Shown: piece after piece, positions 27,881 to 40,469 of the stretch | Numbering within the stretch: position 1 is the stretch's first letter | How the letters are laid out: every line of letters begins with the position of its first letter | Position numbers and translations under genes: made by a program | Notes under the pieces: generated by a model | The model's database searches: none | What the model was told of the DNA's origin: nothing | What the model saw: the letters and a program-made list of their open reading frames with translations, nothing else | DNA from: Eledone cirrhosa | Taxonomy: Eukaryota | DNA: 64,000 bases | Assembly: GCA_964016885.1 (NCBI GenBank) | Contig: OZ024740.1 | Coordinates: 160,270,001 to 160,334,000, forward strand | Direction of reading: 5' to 3'

Positions 27881-30213
27881 TTGAATACAATATTGATCTT
27901 CATCTGTCAGACTGCCAAGCTGCATGGCTTTCGTTTATGTGGAACAAAACAAATGACACTCGGAGACAAACACACACACACACACATATATATATAGGTA
28001 TATGATGAGCTTCCATACAGTTTTTGTCTATCAAACAAGGCATAGATCAGTCTGAAGCTATATTAGAAATTACTTGTTCAATGTGCCATACAGAGGAATA
28101 AACATCAAAACTACAAGCTTGCGAAGCAAATTTCCACACAACCCACATCATAATTTATCATCATAACTTTCATAATTTATCATCATAATTTTCATATAAG
28201 AAACTTTTGTTATATTCCAAAACATCAATCATAATTCTTAGAAAAGCACCCCCAAAAAACAAACAAAAAACTTTTGTGAAGTTATATACCAAACCTTGTA
28301 TTATAGTTTTCATATGAATAGCATTTCTTAGATTAATTTCCAAACTTACAATATAATCTCACATAAGAACCTTTCATTAAAATATGTTCCAAATTTTCTT
28401 GTTTAATTATGTTTTAAGCATTCCATCATAATTTTTAAAGTGAATTCTCTTGTATCAGTGTCTCTATAAAAGTTACTTAATCCACTCTACAATGTGGCTT
28501 GGATTTATAAAGTAACTCCACAGAGTAGAAAGAATTCTTCAGTCACATCAAGGTTATGACAACTTCTCTAGAGTAGGTATCATTATAAATGTACTCAGTA
28601 AACTTTGTAAAAAGGTTGGCCTTAGGAAGGGTATTCAGATGTAAAACCCATGTTAAAAATGACAGAGAATACACTTCAGTTGTGTCAAGGATATGACAAA
28701 TGGTGGCTTAATCTTAATAAAATGTATCCAGGTTACTCTGTAAACTGGTCGACATTCGGAAGATCATCCAGCTGTAGAAGTCATGCCAAAAATGGAATGT
28801 GTGAAATATTATCCCTGGGCCCATCGAAGTGGCCAATAACTTTGAGTCCTAACTTGGTTTGTAATAATCCATCCAACCCATGCCAGCAACTGAACTCAGT
28901 ATGCGGGAATTACTCAAATCGTAGTGCTGGCTTGATATGACATTATGTGTAACTGGTTCCCAGGCTTCAATGAAATTACCCCATAACTTTAGGTCTGCCT
29001 TGGAAATAACTAAATAACATTTTCTGAACATTAACAACAAAATCTACATGACCCCAAAAAAGTAAGGTAGAAATCGAAAATCATCATCATCATCATTTAA
29101 TGTTCGTTTTCCTGATAGCAATGGCTGGGCCACTGTAATTGAATAATTAAGCATTAGCTTAGACGTCTTTAAATTTTGTTTGATTTTTGCCAAAGATCAA
29201 ACTACCTGGAGGCATATAGACTCCAGAAATTTCTAGAAAATTCCTGTACTTGAAAATTTCTTTTAACTTTCTCTAAACAAAAATCAAATTAAATTGTCGT
29301 GCCTATATCTTTTGTCTATTTTCTTTTATATCTCTATCTATAAGAGAGTGTAACTGATAATTTCATTCAGTTTCAGATAAAACTACAGCAGAATCAATAA
29401 TACATTGTTCCATTTTAGGAATGACACTTTCTATTCTATATTTTCTTTTTGTAGTTGTGGTTGCTGTTGATGTTCATATTGTCATTATTATTGTTATCTT
29501 AGTTGTTGTTGTAATGCTTCTTATCACTTCTAGATTATATTTTGAACTATTAATCCTTTAGAAAAACTGAAAATAAATCATAATTTAACCTCTAATAGAA
29601 ATTTACTCAGCTAGGAATAATTGCATCTTTTGAAGTTAATTGCATGGTCTCAGGAAAACTGCATAAATCAGTGTCTCTGATTGCCCTAAAGCACTAAACA
29701 GAGGTGCGGTAATTACTAAAATTGCAATCAAATTTATGAGTTGGCTAATTGTTAACGTGGGTTAGATGGAGGTTAATGAAGCATTTAATTCTTGGCTGTT
29801 ATTCGATTTCCCTATCATTTACACTTTGTTAGATTGTCATTGGATACAGACAATTGTTTTAAATCTCTGTCTCTGTGTCTGTCTCTTTCTGTGTGTTTGT
29901 CATTTTCTTAGGCATAATGTAAGATTTTGTTATCATTGTAATAATAATAATTATTATTAATCATAGTTGTAATTATTATTATTATTATTGTTGAATGCCA
30001 TGGTTGACGGAGGCTCGGCTCTGTAAGGTATAGTAATTTTTAACCGTTAAAACAATTGTAAATTGTTTAAAACTTGAACCAAATTGTTGATAAAGACACC
30101 CTCCTCCTCGTGAGAGGGGTCTTTCTGTCCGTTATTTGGCCCTTCGGGGTTAAATAACCAGTTATTGGGGTTTTGTACCCAATATTCATATTCATTTTAA
30201 ACAAAAAAACAAC

Positions 30214-32316
30214 ATGGCTACGAAAAAGAAATTTCATACGTCACTCCCACTCATTCCGTCTTCTTCTTCCTCAATCATCACTACAGCAGAGAGAAGATTG
30301 TCTCTCTCCCTCCCTTCTTTAAATGTGTCTCTCTCCCTCCCTTCTCTTTCGCAAGTGACGAAAGAAAAGAAAAGTCTCGTGCAAAGCGTGCAAGGTTTCT
30401 CCACGACGACGACGACAGCGACGAAACAGGTGTGCGAGAAATACGAAAACCCAGTTCATTCGTCTGACGTCAGGAATAATAGCAGTAGCAGCCGTAATAA
30501 CAACAGCAACAGTGACAATGAAAACAACAGTAGCAGCCGCAACAGCATCACCAGCAGCATAAACAACAACAGCATTAGCAGCAGCAACACCAACAACAAC
30601 CACAGCAACAGCGGCGGAGGCAGTAGTCGTAGTACCTGCAACAACAACAAAAGTACCAGCAGCTCTGACGACAACAACAACAGCAGCAGCAAAGAAAAAC
30701 CAATCTCATTTGCAGGTATTGCGAAAAACTTGGAAACAATCCTCATAACAAATGAGGAATTAGAGGAAGCGAAGAAGATGGTGACAAAGAATGGACACTG
30801 AGCAATCTGCAAGGCAGCGGAAAAATTTTTCGAAACCCAAGAGCACTGTACGGTCACGTACCGTACAGTAAGTACAAAAATCCCGTAGGGTGGAAAGAGC
30901 CACAGAGGCCCAAATACAAAAAGCCTTGGGGTCTGTGTGGCAGCGGAAAACGCACATCACCCGAGGCAAAAAATATGCCACCGTAGACGTACTTTTTGCC
31001 ACACCCCAGGAGGCAAAGGCCCAATCAGTAGTGACCCTAAGGAGCGAGGAAATGGTGTTGGTGCCCTCCTACTGCGGGCAAAAAATTGTGAGGGTCAAAC
31101 TGACCCACGTCCCCCCCCCGGAATGGCCCCTTCTTGGCTGGCCGCGTCTGTCCTCGTCGGAATCGAGGACAAAACAACTGTACTGCAAGTACAGAAAAAA
31201 GTAAGAGAAGATTGGGTAGGCACCTCCATTGAGATGCTAATCCAAACCAACCAGGAGTGCATCGAAGCTATCCCGGATGTGATAGACTTCGATAACGGCA
31301 CTCAACTGCCCATAAGTGTTGAGGGCAAACGCCCGAAATGCTTTCGCTGTGGATCGAAGACTCACATCAGGGCCTTCTGCAACGAGAAGACCCTGAGAAA
31401 GGAGAAAACTCCCCTCCTTCCGAATCCGGCTCCACGGCTACCAGCAACAGGACAAGCGGCAACCAGGAACGATAGGTCCGTGGCACCCATACCCACTCCA
31501 CGGAAATCAAAAACAGCAGCAGCAGTGGAAATATTAACAACAACAACAGCAATACCAAATGCAGCTGCAACAGAGACTCCAGTGCAAACATCACCAACAA
31601 CAAGTGAAAGAGTGGAGCTGGTACCCCTCCCCGACCTCACAGAATCAGACATGGAGTGTGAGGTGGGAGAGGGATGGCAAAAGGTCGTAAGAAGGCACAA
31701 ACGCAGAAGCAGCGCATCGTCGCCTTTGAAAAGGGAGGAAAGAAATGAGAAAAGGGTAAAGTCTACTGCAAAGAGACCCACAGCAGCAACACCACCAACA
31801 CCATCACCACCCACACTAGCACCACCATCACCACCGGCGACAACCCCACCGCCAACAACACCGTCAACACCACCACCACAAGCACCAACATCGCAAACAC
31901 AACAACAAAACACACACACCCAGCAACAACGACAAGAAAATAGCAGAACCACACCCCACCCCCAGAAAAACAAATGCACGGCAATAAATACACACAACAA
32001 GAAACTAATGACTTACATAATTGAACACACAGACATTTCACAACAGGACTACATAATACCAGCACCAATCAAAACGCCAACTAACATAAGACTGCTAAAA
32101 ATAGCGCAGAAACAATACACAAACATTAAAACGAAATTCCCCAACGCAGTTGGTGATTTCAGGGACCTAGGAGGAACCATCAATCGAAGAGTATATTCAG
32201 ACATTCTCTTAGAAGAGCCGACGACCAGCCGAAGGGACGATTCAACGGTCCCTTCACCAGACGATCAAGTGAAAAGGGATGTAAAAACCATCCCTCCTCT
32301 ACCAAAAGTACGGTAA
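30214..32316 (+). pseudogene. Tx1 ORF1 (gag-like; N/S-rich tract, CCHC knuckle CFRCGSKTHIRAFC, P/T-rich region), disrupted
   Basis: Three abutting ORFs: stop at 30799 and frameshifts near 30880 and at the C-run at about 31112-31119. Confidence 0.8.
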
Positions 32317-32351
32317 GTGGTCTTTCCCATCTTTTCCACTCTATTTTAAAC

Positions 32352-35119
32352 ATGACCTCACTCAGAATAGGCAGCATAAATGCGCGTGGCTTGGGGTCGT
32401 CATGGAAGCAGGGTCACCTGCTCAACGACCTCAGGTCACTAAACATAGATGTAGTGGCCATCAGCGAGACCAGAATCTCCGAAGCACGGGTCTTCGCACC
32501 GATCTTCGGCGGCTACGATGTGTACGCATCTCCCAGCCGTCCTGGATCGGGTGGAGGAGTTGCTGTGCTTTTTCGGAGAGGTTTGGATCTCGCCATACGG
32601 GCCATCTTCCTGGACCCAGAGGGTAAGCTGGTGGTGCTGGACGTGACCAGCGGAGACGGGAAAGCTTTCAGGCTAGTGGCCGTCTATGCCCCGACAGGAG
32701 CAGGGCGGCCTGATTTCTTCCGGCGTCTGGAGACCTTTCTTGGAACGTCCCGCTCTTTAGTGTTAGTGGGCGACTGGAACGGGATCTTAGATGCACGCTG
32801 GGACTGTGTGGGATTAGCGGATAGGGGTGGAGGGTGCAAGAGCCTCACCAACCTGCTCAGGCGTTTTGAACTGTCTGACAAGTACCGATTGGATTTCCCG
32901 AATGTGCCAATGTGGACTTGGACAAACCGCATAGGGTCATCCAGATCATATCTAGATAGAGTATTTTGTAGGGAAATAGATAGGTCTAGCATAGGCTGTC
33001 CACAATTCAAGATAGTCAGCTACACGGACCACGAATTCGTGATCTGTGTGCTTGACTTAGATAGGCTTCATAGACGAGGACCCGGCTACTGGAAGCTAAA
33101 CGCGTCCTTACCAGCGCGCAAGGCCTACAGAGACCGGATTAGCGAACTAGTTAAGCGGGCGTTGACGGGGGCCATCGTCAACAACAAGTGGTGGTTTGCT
33201 CTGAAAAGAGCGATTAGAATAGAATCGATTAGGTTTAGTAAGGCTTTAGCAATAGAGAAAAATAGAGCAGAGGGAGAACTAGTTAGAAAATTAGACGAGG
33301 GCGCTTAGCAAAGGCATTGCGACCGACGTGCTTGCGGCGAAATTGGCCCTTGACCAATTCTTCAATGCAAAGCACGAAGGCTGCGTTGTCAGAGCTAGGG
33401 TGCGTGCTCTCAGACACGAGGGGACGAAAGCCGTTCAATGGGCCCGAGTCGCGGAGGCGCGTCGTGGCAACAAAGCCACGATCCGGTCTTTGGTGGACCA
33501 CGACGGGCGCATGCTACTCGATCCCGGGCAAATGTGTGAAGCTTTTCAGCGACACTTCGCTCAGCTGTTCGGGGGCAGCGGTGGGCCGGGTAGAGGGATG
33601 GACTTTAGTGTCTACCTCGACGGACTGCCGCGGCTCTCGGCCACTGAGGCGAAGTGTTGTGAAAAGCCGATAACAGCCGCTGAAGTAAGGGAGGCAATGA
33701 CTGGCTGCACAAGGGGTAAATCGCCTGGTTTGGATGGTCTGCCCTATGAACTTTACGTACAGATGCCAGACTTGTTCGGAGGCCTCTTGGCGGACGTCTA
33801 CTGCAACTGGCAACAGAACGGGAGAATTCCCAGTTCTGTGAACCGAGGAGCGGTGGCACTGCTGAGAAAGGATCCGAACAAGGGGGATAACATAGACAAT
33901 TTCCGGCCCATAACTCTGCTAAACACAGAGTTCAAGATTTTGGCCAAGGTGCTAGCAAAGAGGTTGGCGCTTGTCGTTGGTGGTCTGGTGGGAGAGGTGC
34001 AGACATGCGCCATTCCCGACAGCTCCATCCACGACAACCTCCACCTCATGCGATACATCATAGAGAGGGTAGCTAAGGAACCTGGCGTACATCGCGTCTG
34101 TCATCTGCTACCGCCTGACCGTCGTACCTAATCCTAAGCCTCGCCTGACTGCGCTGGAGCGTTTGCTCTTTCGCTTTTTGTGGAAGGGACGTGCTCCGAT
34201 GGTCAGGCGGTCCATCTGTTGTCAACACCCGCTACGTGGAGGGCTGGGCATGCCGTGGCTGATGATGCGCAGGCACGCGCTCAGGCTACGACATCTCCAC
34301 CTCTTCCTCGACGGTGATCAGGTGTGGTCGCCGTTTGCTAGGCGTGTTTTTCCCCAGCTCGTTTCCTTGACGGAGCTGCAGTCCTGGGTCAAGCGAAGAC
34401 CGAGAGGGAGCGCCTGGAGACTGGAATGTCTTCAGGCGCTCACAGCCCTCGACCAATCGGGCAATGTGATCGGTGGAAACTCCACCTCGGCGTTCTATAG
34501 AGGATTAGTGGAGGGTAAGAGCGACGACGTACTTGGGGAAACTCTAGGCGTCGACGAAAATCAACTAGCCAATCTCTTCGGAAGAACTTTCGGGCCGGGG
34601 CCTATGGACAACTTCCAGAAATCTCTGGCCTGGCAGTGCTACCGAGGAGCCTTGCCAGTTCGGGATAAACTCTACAGGCATGGAGGTGCCGTCAGCCGGG
34701 CATGTCCGAGATGCGCGCAGGGCGACGAAACCGTCCTGCACGGACTCGTCCAGTGTCCGAAAATTGCTGACTTGTGGGTTTATGTCGAACACCTGCTGTC
34801 GCGTTTAGGACGGATCCGGCTATCATCTGAGTCCATCGTGAGGATTGCCCCGCCCTCCTCCTTTAGCCGGGAAGGGCAGGCAGTTTTTATCTGTCTGGTG
34901 GCCATGGCGAAAGAGATAGTATGGTGGACACGTTTGAAAGGGCTGAAGACTAGCACTTACCTCTTCGGTGATGCTCTGATTGACTTTTTCAAATTTCATT
35001 TGAAAAGGAAAATCAGAGTAGAGAGGGAAGTGCTCTCTTCCCAGCATTTTGTTGAAAGATGGGTGAGAGAAGCAAGAATGGCCCGAGTGAATGGGCCTAC
35101 TCTGAGTATATATCTGTAA
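32352..35119 (+). pseudogene. Tx1 ORF2 (APE endonuclease, partial RT, C-terminal zinc finger), disrupted
   Basis: SINARGL, ISETR, VYAP, GDWNG, SYLDRVF, TDH, GYWKLN; KSPGLDGLPYE, NFRPITLLNTEFKILAK; CPRC..H..C. Frameshift near 33300 and deletion near 34087. Confidence 0.9.
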
Positions 35120-35379
35120 ATTAAAGGTGGAAAACTGGGAGAGGGCACTTGCCTTGGTGGTCAGGGTCATTGTGGCTTTTTACTGGGCTTTCTCCACAAA
35201 TGTCCCTCCGAAGTCTCCCCCCTATTGGGGAATTTTTCATTGTTATTTTCATTGTTATTTTTGTTACATCCTCTGTTTTTGTTTTTTACACGCAGAAATG
35301 CCCATTTGTACCGTCCTGCATTGTCCTGTACTGTCCTTAATGTCTACTTTATGTAAACCCTTGTGGTTAATAAAGAAAA

Positions 35380-35430
<51 letters not shown>

Positions 35431-35431
<1 letters not shown>

Positions 35432-35652
35432 GAGTGGTGGATTGGAGAATAAGTAGAGAGTCAAACACTCTGCTTCATGGCATAGAGTTACGGCTCTTTA
35501 CGTTCTGAGTTCAAATTCCACCAAGGTTAGCTTTGCCTTTCATCCTTACGAGGCCAATAAGATAAAGCACCAGTAATGCACTGGGGTCGATTTAATCAAC
35601 TTTCCCCTCCTCCAAAATGACTGGCCTTGTGCCTATATAAGAAACCATTATT
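35431..35652 (+). mobile_element. SINE family 1 (long variant)
   Basis: Boxes A and B plus central domain, directly after the Tx1 (ATT)n tract. Confidence 0.8.
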
Positions 35653-35999
35653 ATATTTTCCTTTGGTTTTGTGTATATGCAGCAACTACCAAGTATCAAC
35701 CAGATACTTAGGGCTGGTATCATGGGTTTTGACAGTTTTCGATAGGTTTTTTTTTTATTGTTCTGTCCTTACATTCACTTAACAAGTCACACTGAAAAAA
35801 TTAATAGATAAAGAAGTTTGAAAAAAAAAGAAACATTGAAAAATTAAATATAAAAAAGTATTAGTAGGGGGAGATAAAAAGAAGTATTAAGGAGTTTTAA
35901 AGATATTAATTAATTTTGCATTGAATATATTTGAATGACATTCAAATCAATTAAATTTACTATAAAGATTAAACAGAAAAGTTTGTGTATTAACATATA

Positions 36000-38900
36000 T
36001 TACAAAGACAAAATTTTACGATGTATGTGTGCTGTACTTGTTGGAGTTAAGTTTTGGATTTCATAGATACTGGATTTACCAGGTTTGCTTTCTAAAAACT
36101 TTTGAACACCTTTCTTTATGACAGCTAGAGCTCCTCTCACTACCAGAATCGGTTGGGTTGTAAGGTGCCGCATTTTGTATATCTTAATTTCTAGATCTTT
36201 ATATTTTGTAAGTTTTTCATACACTTTTGCTGACACATTTCTATCATACTATACAGTAATGTCAATGAGCAGGTCTTGTTTTTCAAATCTTGAATAATAG
36301 TATCAGGGTGGTTTGCATTAATAGTGCAATTTGTGTAAAGGGTTGTTACTCTTTCAGTCTCAGTTACTGCTTGTGGTCTGTTTTTATACCAATTTTTAGT
36401 ATGTTTTGAATTTTATTATTTGAATATTATCCAGTGGATATATTGTCCCACCCTATCATATCTAATCTTATATTCAGTTAGTGCTATTGTGGGACATCCT
36501 GTCTTCAGTTTCTTGTACTTTCCTGTTCTTTTGAGTACTGAATGAAGTTTCTTTTGATTTTCATGATCTCTTACTAACACCATAATCTAGTCATTGGTGA
36601 TCTCTAGGTATATTTGTAAGCTTATTGTAGCTGTTTTGTATGGCAGTTCCAGTTGGATTAGCCCTCTTCCTCCATCTTGTGTTGGTAAATAGGTAATCTA
36701 TATCTTTCTTGGGTAATGAATTTTATTGACTGTAATGGGTGTTGTAGTCCATTCTTTGAAGATCAGATAAGTTCCAATTAAGGGCATTAGAATTGTATTG
36801 CTCCCCGAGAGCTAAGGTGTTTATAGCCTCAAAACTTTTTTTAGTATGTAGTTCAGTTTTCAGGATCAGTCTTATTTTTCTGTAACATTCTTTCTGGATT
36901 TTCCTCTTTATTTGATTTTGTTTAATTCCATCACCTCTGTTTATGCCAAGGTATTTATAGGTACCTTCTGGGTCTAATTCCTGTATGGTTTTGTCTATAT
37001 GGAGTTTAATAGATGATGTTTTTGTTAGTCTTCTTTTAAATATTGCTTTAACACAATAGTCAAGGCCAAATTTGATGCCAATGTCATTGCTAAATTGCTT
37101 CACACTTGTTAAAATTCCTTCTAAATCTTGATTGTTTTTAGCATACAATTTGAGGTCAAACATAACAAGCAAATGGTTAATGATCTCATTCTTGCTCTTC
37201 ATCTTATACCCATATACTATGTTGTTGAGCTCACCTGATATTGGAAAGAGAGCAAGTGGGGAGAGAGAGTTTTCTTCAAATATTCTGTAATTAATTTTAA
37301 GTTATCTGATTTTATGACTCCTAAGAGCGTTGCACTCCATTTTGTCATGCCAACTCATAAAAATTTAGATATGATGGGAGATATTTTGTAAATTTCTAGG
37401 CCTTCCAATATCCATTCATCTGATACACTGATATAGGCTTTTCTATAATCAATCCAAGTAGGGCTTAGATGTTTTTTTTTTAACTGACAATTTTCTAGAA
37501 TCATATTATTAATTAATTGTTTCTACTTTTGGCACAAAGTCAGCAATTACCCTGTGCATTACTGGTACTTTATTTTATCGACCCCATAAGGATGAAAGGC
37601 AAAGTTAACCTCGGTGGGATTTGAACTCAGAATGGCAAGGGCCGTAACTCTATGCATCAAAGCATGACGTTTGACCCCCTGCCGATACTGCCAATCCACC
37701 ACCCTATTATTATTATTAATTAATAGTTGGTCTTTGCACCCATATGAGTTCTGCTTTCCTTCCTTTTCTTTTTGTGTAATGATTTCATTTTTGTCAAGCT
37801 ATTTGTATATCTGCTCAGTTATTATAAATGTCAGCATGTTGTAAGTCATAGCGAGATACGTTATTAGCCTATATTGTTTTGGGTTTTTGTTTCAGCTGTT
37901 TTAGGAAGAAGGTATGTTGTGCCTTCTGTCAATCAGTTCAGAGTCTCATTTATTTTTTGTATTATAAATCTAATTTCATTAGCAAATTCTTTATGTATCC
38001 CTGTAAGCGCATTTCTCCAAAACTTAGGGATTTGGTTTATTCCAGGTGATTTCCATTCATGTGCTTTAGTAAGTGTCTGCCTTAGCTCTCTTAGCTCTAG
38101 ATCTTGCCATTCTTGATGGTTAATATCTCTCATTCTGTCTATTTCTCTATTAATTCATTCAGCTTCTTTATCATATTGCTTTTCATTGCTCCATATATTT
38201 TCCCAGAATTGCTGAACCTCATTAATGTTAGGTGGGTGTCTCTCTATTTCCCAGTAAAATTTCTTTGCATCTGTTTGAAAGATTTTGTTTTGTGAGTAGA
38301 ACTTTTCTTATCATAACATCTAACTTGTTCTGCTTTGACCTGGATGCATTGCTTCAGAATCTCTTTGATGTTCAATAGATTCTCTTCATCTGTGATCTTA
38401 TACATTCTTTTCAATTTTTTTGCTTTTCTAATTTTTACATTCACACCCTTGGCTAGCTCTTCAACTATTGACAAGTCACCTCTCATGTCATCAATTTTTT
38501 TTAGTATTTTTCTTTTAATTTGTGTTGCTTATAAATATGTCTGATTTTCTTTTTCTTAATGTTAAGACCAATTTTACAGCTTATAGCTTTAGCTCTAGAG
38601 TATACGAGGTTGTTAAGAGAGGTCAAATCGTTTTCACCTTGTAAAATCTCCTTCATTGCAGCATTCTGAATCTTAATTGTACGAGTATTATTTTTGTTGT
38701 TCTGAAATATAGGTAGTTTGTCTTTGTCTTTCATTTAATTACATAAGATTTTACTGAATTCTCTGACAATGTCTTCTTTAGCTTCAGCTATGTCTTGTAC
38801 ATTGTCTTCTATAACCCTGTAATGGTTTTCATTATCCTCTGCAGCTGGTTCCCTAATTTGTTCTTCACCAATATTTCTATTCTGTCTGATTTCGTTAATC

Positions 38901-39240
38901 TTCTCATTGACTTCTTCAGACATATCATTTGTTACTGTTGGTGTTCTGGTGTTGTTAGGCTGTATTGGTATTTCTGTTTCTCTGTTATTACTTTGTGTTC
39001 TTATCTGTTCTAAATCAATCAATGTCAATTTGTTTTCTTTTACAATGTATCTACGTGTGTTACCTACTTTATTGACATCTTTGTATGGGCGGATGTTTTC
39101 ATTAAAAAGTTTCCTTCATTCAGTGTATTTTTCTTTTGTAACATTTGATTGCGTTTTGATTAATGCATACCCTGTTTATATTCGTGTAACTTGTTACACA
39201 GATTTGCTTAAGGTAGCTCTGAGGCCTGTCTTCCCTCATT
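36000..39240 (-). mobile_element. Decayed R4/Dong-clade non-LTR retrotransposon (RT plus REL endonuclease)
   Basis: WKSPGINQIPKFW, INHLLVMFDLKLYAKN (YMDD motif decayed), YKYLGI, PDTII..IDITV, EKLTKYKDL, VVRGALAVI. Confidence 0.8.
37512..37705 (-). mobile_element. SINE family 1 inserted in the R4 element
   Basis: Full copy flanked by ATTATTAATTAAT on both sides (TSD-like). Confidence 0.85.
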
Positions 39241-39548
39241 GAGGTGAATTTACCTCCGCTAGCTACCATCCACGTATTTCAAAATCTCACAGCATCCACA
39301 CGAAAAAAAATGACTAGGTGAGGGTTGAGAGCCTAATGAAAGATTCTACACTTAAGTGATTATTATTATCATTATCAATAAATAAATAAAGAATTATCAT
39401 TATCACCATTAAAGGAATTATCATTTATATGTTTTCCGTGATGTGTTAATGTTTGCTTTCATTGTAGTGTTGATCATGGCTGTTGAGTTGTTATTGTATT
39501 TGCTGTTACTCTATTATTATTATCATCATTATTGTTATTAATATTATT

Positions 39549-39778
39549 TGGTAGATTGGCAGTATAGGTAGAGCATCGGACACCCTGCTTTGGGGAATAG
39601 AGTTACAGTCCTTTACGTTCTGAGTTCAAATCCCGCCAAGGTTAGCTTTGATTTCATCCTTACAGTATCGATAAAATGAAGCACCAGTAATACACTGGGG
39701 TTGATTTAATCGACCCCCCCCCCCCCCCGCGCCAAAAAAAATGCTGGCCTTGTGCCTATAGTAGAAATCATTATTATT
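39549..39778 (+). mobile_element. SINE family 1 (long variant)
   Basis: Boxes A and B, central domain, internal C-run, (ATT)n. Confidence 0.8.
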
Positions 39779-39779
39779 T

Positions 39780-39945
39780 TTGTTTTTGTTTTTATTCATT
39801 AAAATTAGTGCTATTGTTATACCTACAAGTTTTCTCTTTGTTGGTATCCCCTTCACCTTTCTCAATGTAAATCCTGCTCTGTGATGTTTTTGTCCTTGTA
39901 TTGTCTTCAACGTCCTGTGCCTTTGTGACTAACAAAAGAAATCAC
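39780..39945 (+). mobile_element. Tx1-like 3' UTR fragment
   Basis: T-rich, ends GCCTTTGTGACTAACAAAAGAAAT like the Tx1 ends at about 10790 and 35360. Confidence 0.45.
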
Positions 39946-39964
39946 TATCATTATATCATTATAA

Positions 39965-40140
39965 TAGGTGTTGGATTGGCAGTATCGGTAGAGGGTCGAC
40001 CCTTTACGGTCTGAGTTCAAATTCTGCCGTGGTTAACTTTGCCTTTCATCCTTATGGGGTTGATAAAATAAAGTACCAGTAATGCACTGGAATAATTGGT
40101 GGCTTTGTGCCAAAAGTAGAAAAAATTATCATTATATTAT
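39965..40140 (+). mobile_element. SINE family 1 with internal deletion
   Basis: Boxes A and B, central domain. Confidence 0.8.
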
Positions 40141-40269
40141 TATTTTTATTTCTGTCATATTCATATTCATTTGTACAGTGATGATTTTATTAACTCTGTA
40201 TCATTTAATTGACTTCCTATCAAGTTATGTAACCACAGATAGAGAGTACTTTTTTGCAGGATATTTGTT

Positions 40270-40460
40270 ATTTTCTGCAAAGTAATAATGCTGGGGCTGA
40301 TTCCAATTCTATCAAAGATTTTCTGGAGATTTTCTGTCTCCAAGCCAAGTGCTTCAATAACAATTGGTACCACTCTTACTTTCTTATTCCACATTTTCTT
40401 GATATCTATTCTCAAGTCTGCCTACTTTAGCATTTTCTCATTTTCTTTACCATTGATATA
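40270..40460 (-). mobile_element. R4/Dong-like REL endonuclease fragment
   Basis: LRIDIKKMWNKKVRVVPIVIEALG..LQK. Confidence 0.6.
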
Positions 40461-40469
40461 ATATATATA

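Larger units (their letters stand above)
29991..35429 (+). mobile_element. Near full-length Tx1-clade LINE with internal RT deletion
   Basis: 5' UTR, ORF1, ORF2 (APE, partial RT, zinc finger), 3' UTR with AATAAA, and (ATT)n on both sides. Confidence 0.9.

Noticed and set aside
30100-30120. TCCTCGT motif resembling HDV ribozyme loop L3 in the Tx1 5' UTR
   Set aside because: Sits in a simple hairpin; P1, P2 and J4/2 not found.
30319-34792. Minus-strand ORFs overlapping the Tx1 element
   Set aside because: Antisense shadows of GC-rich or low-complexity coding sequence.
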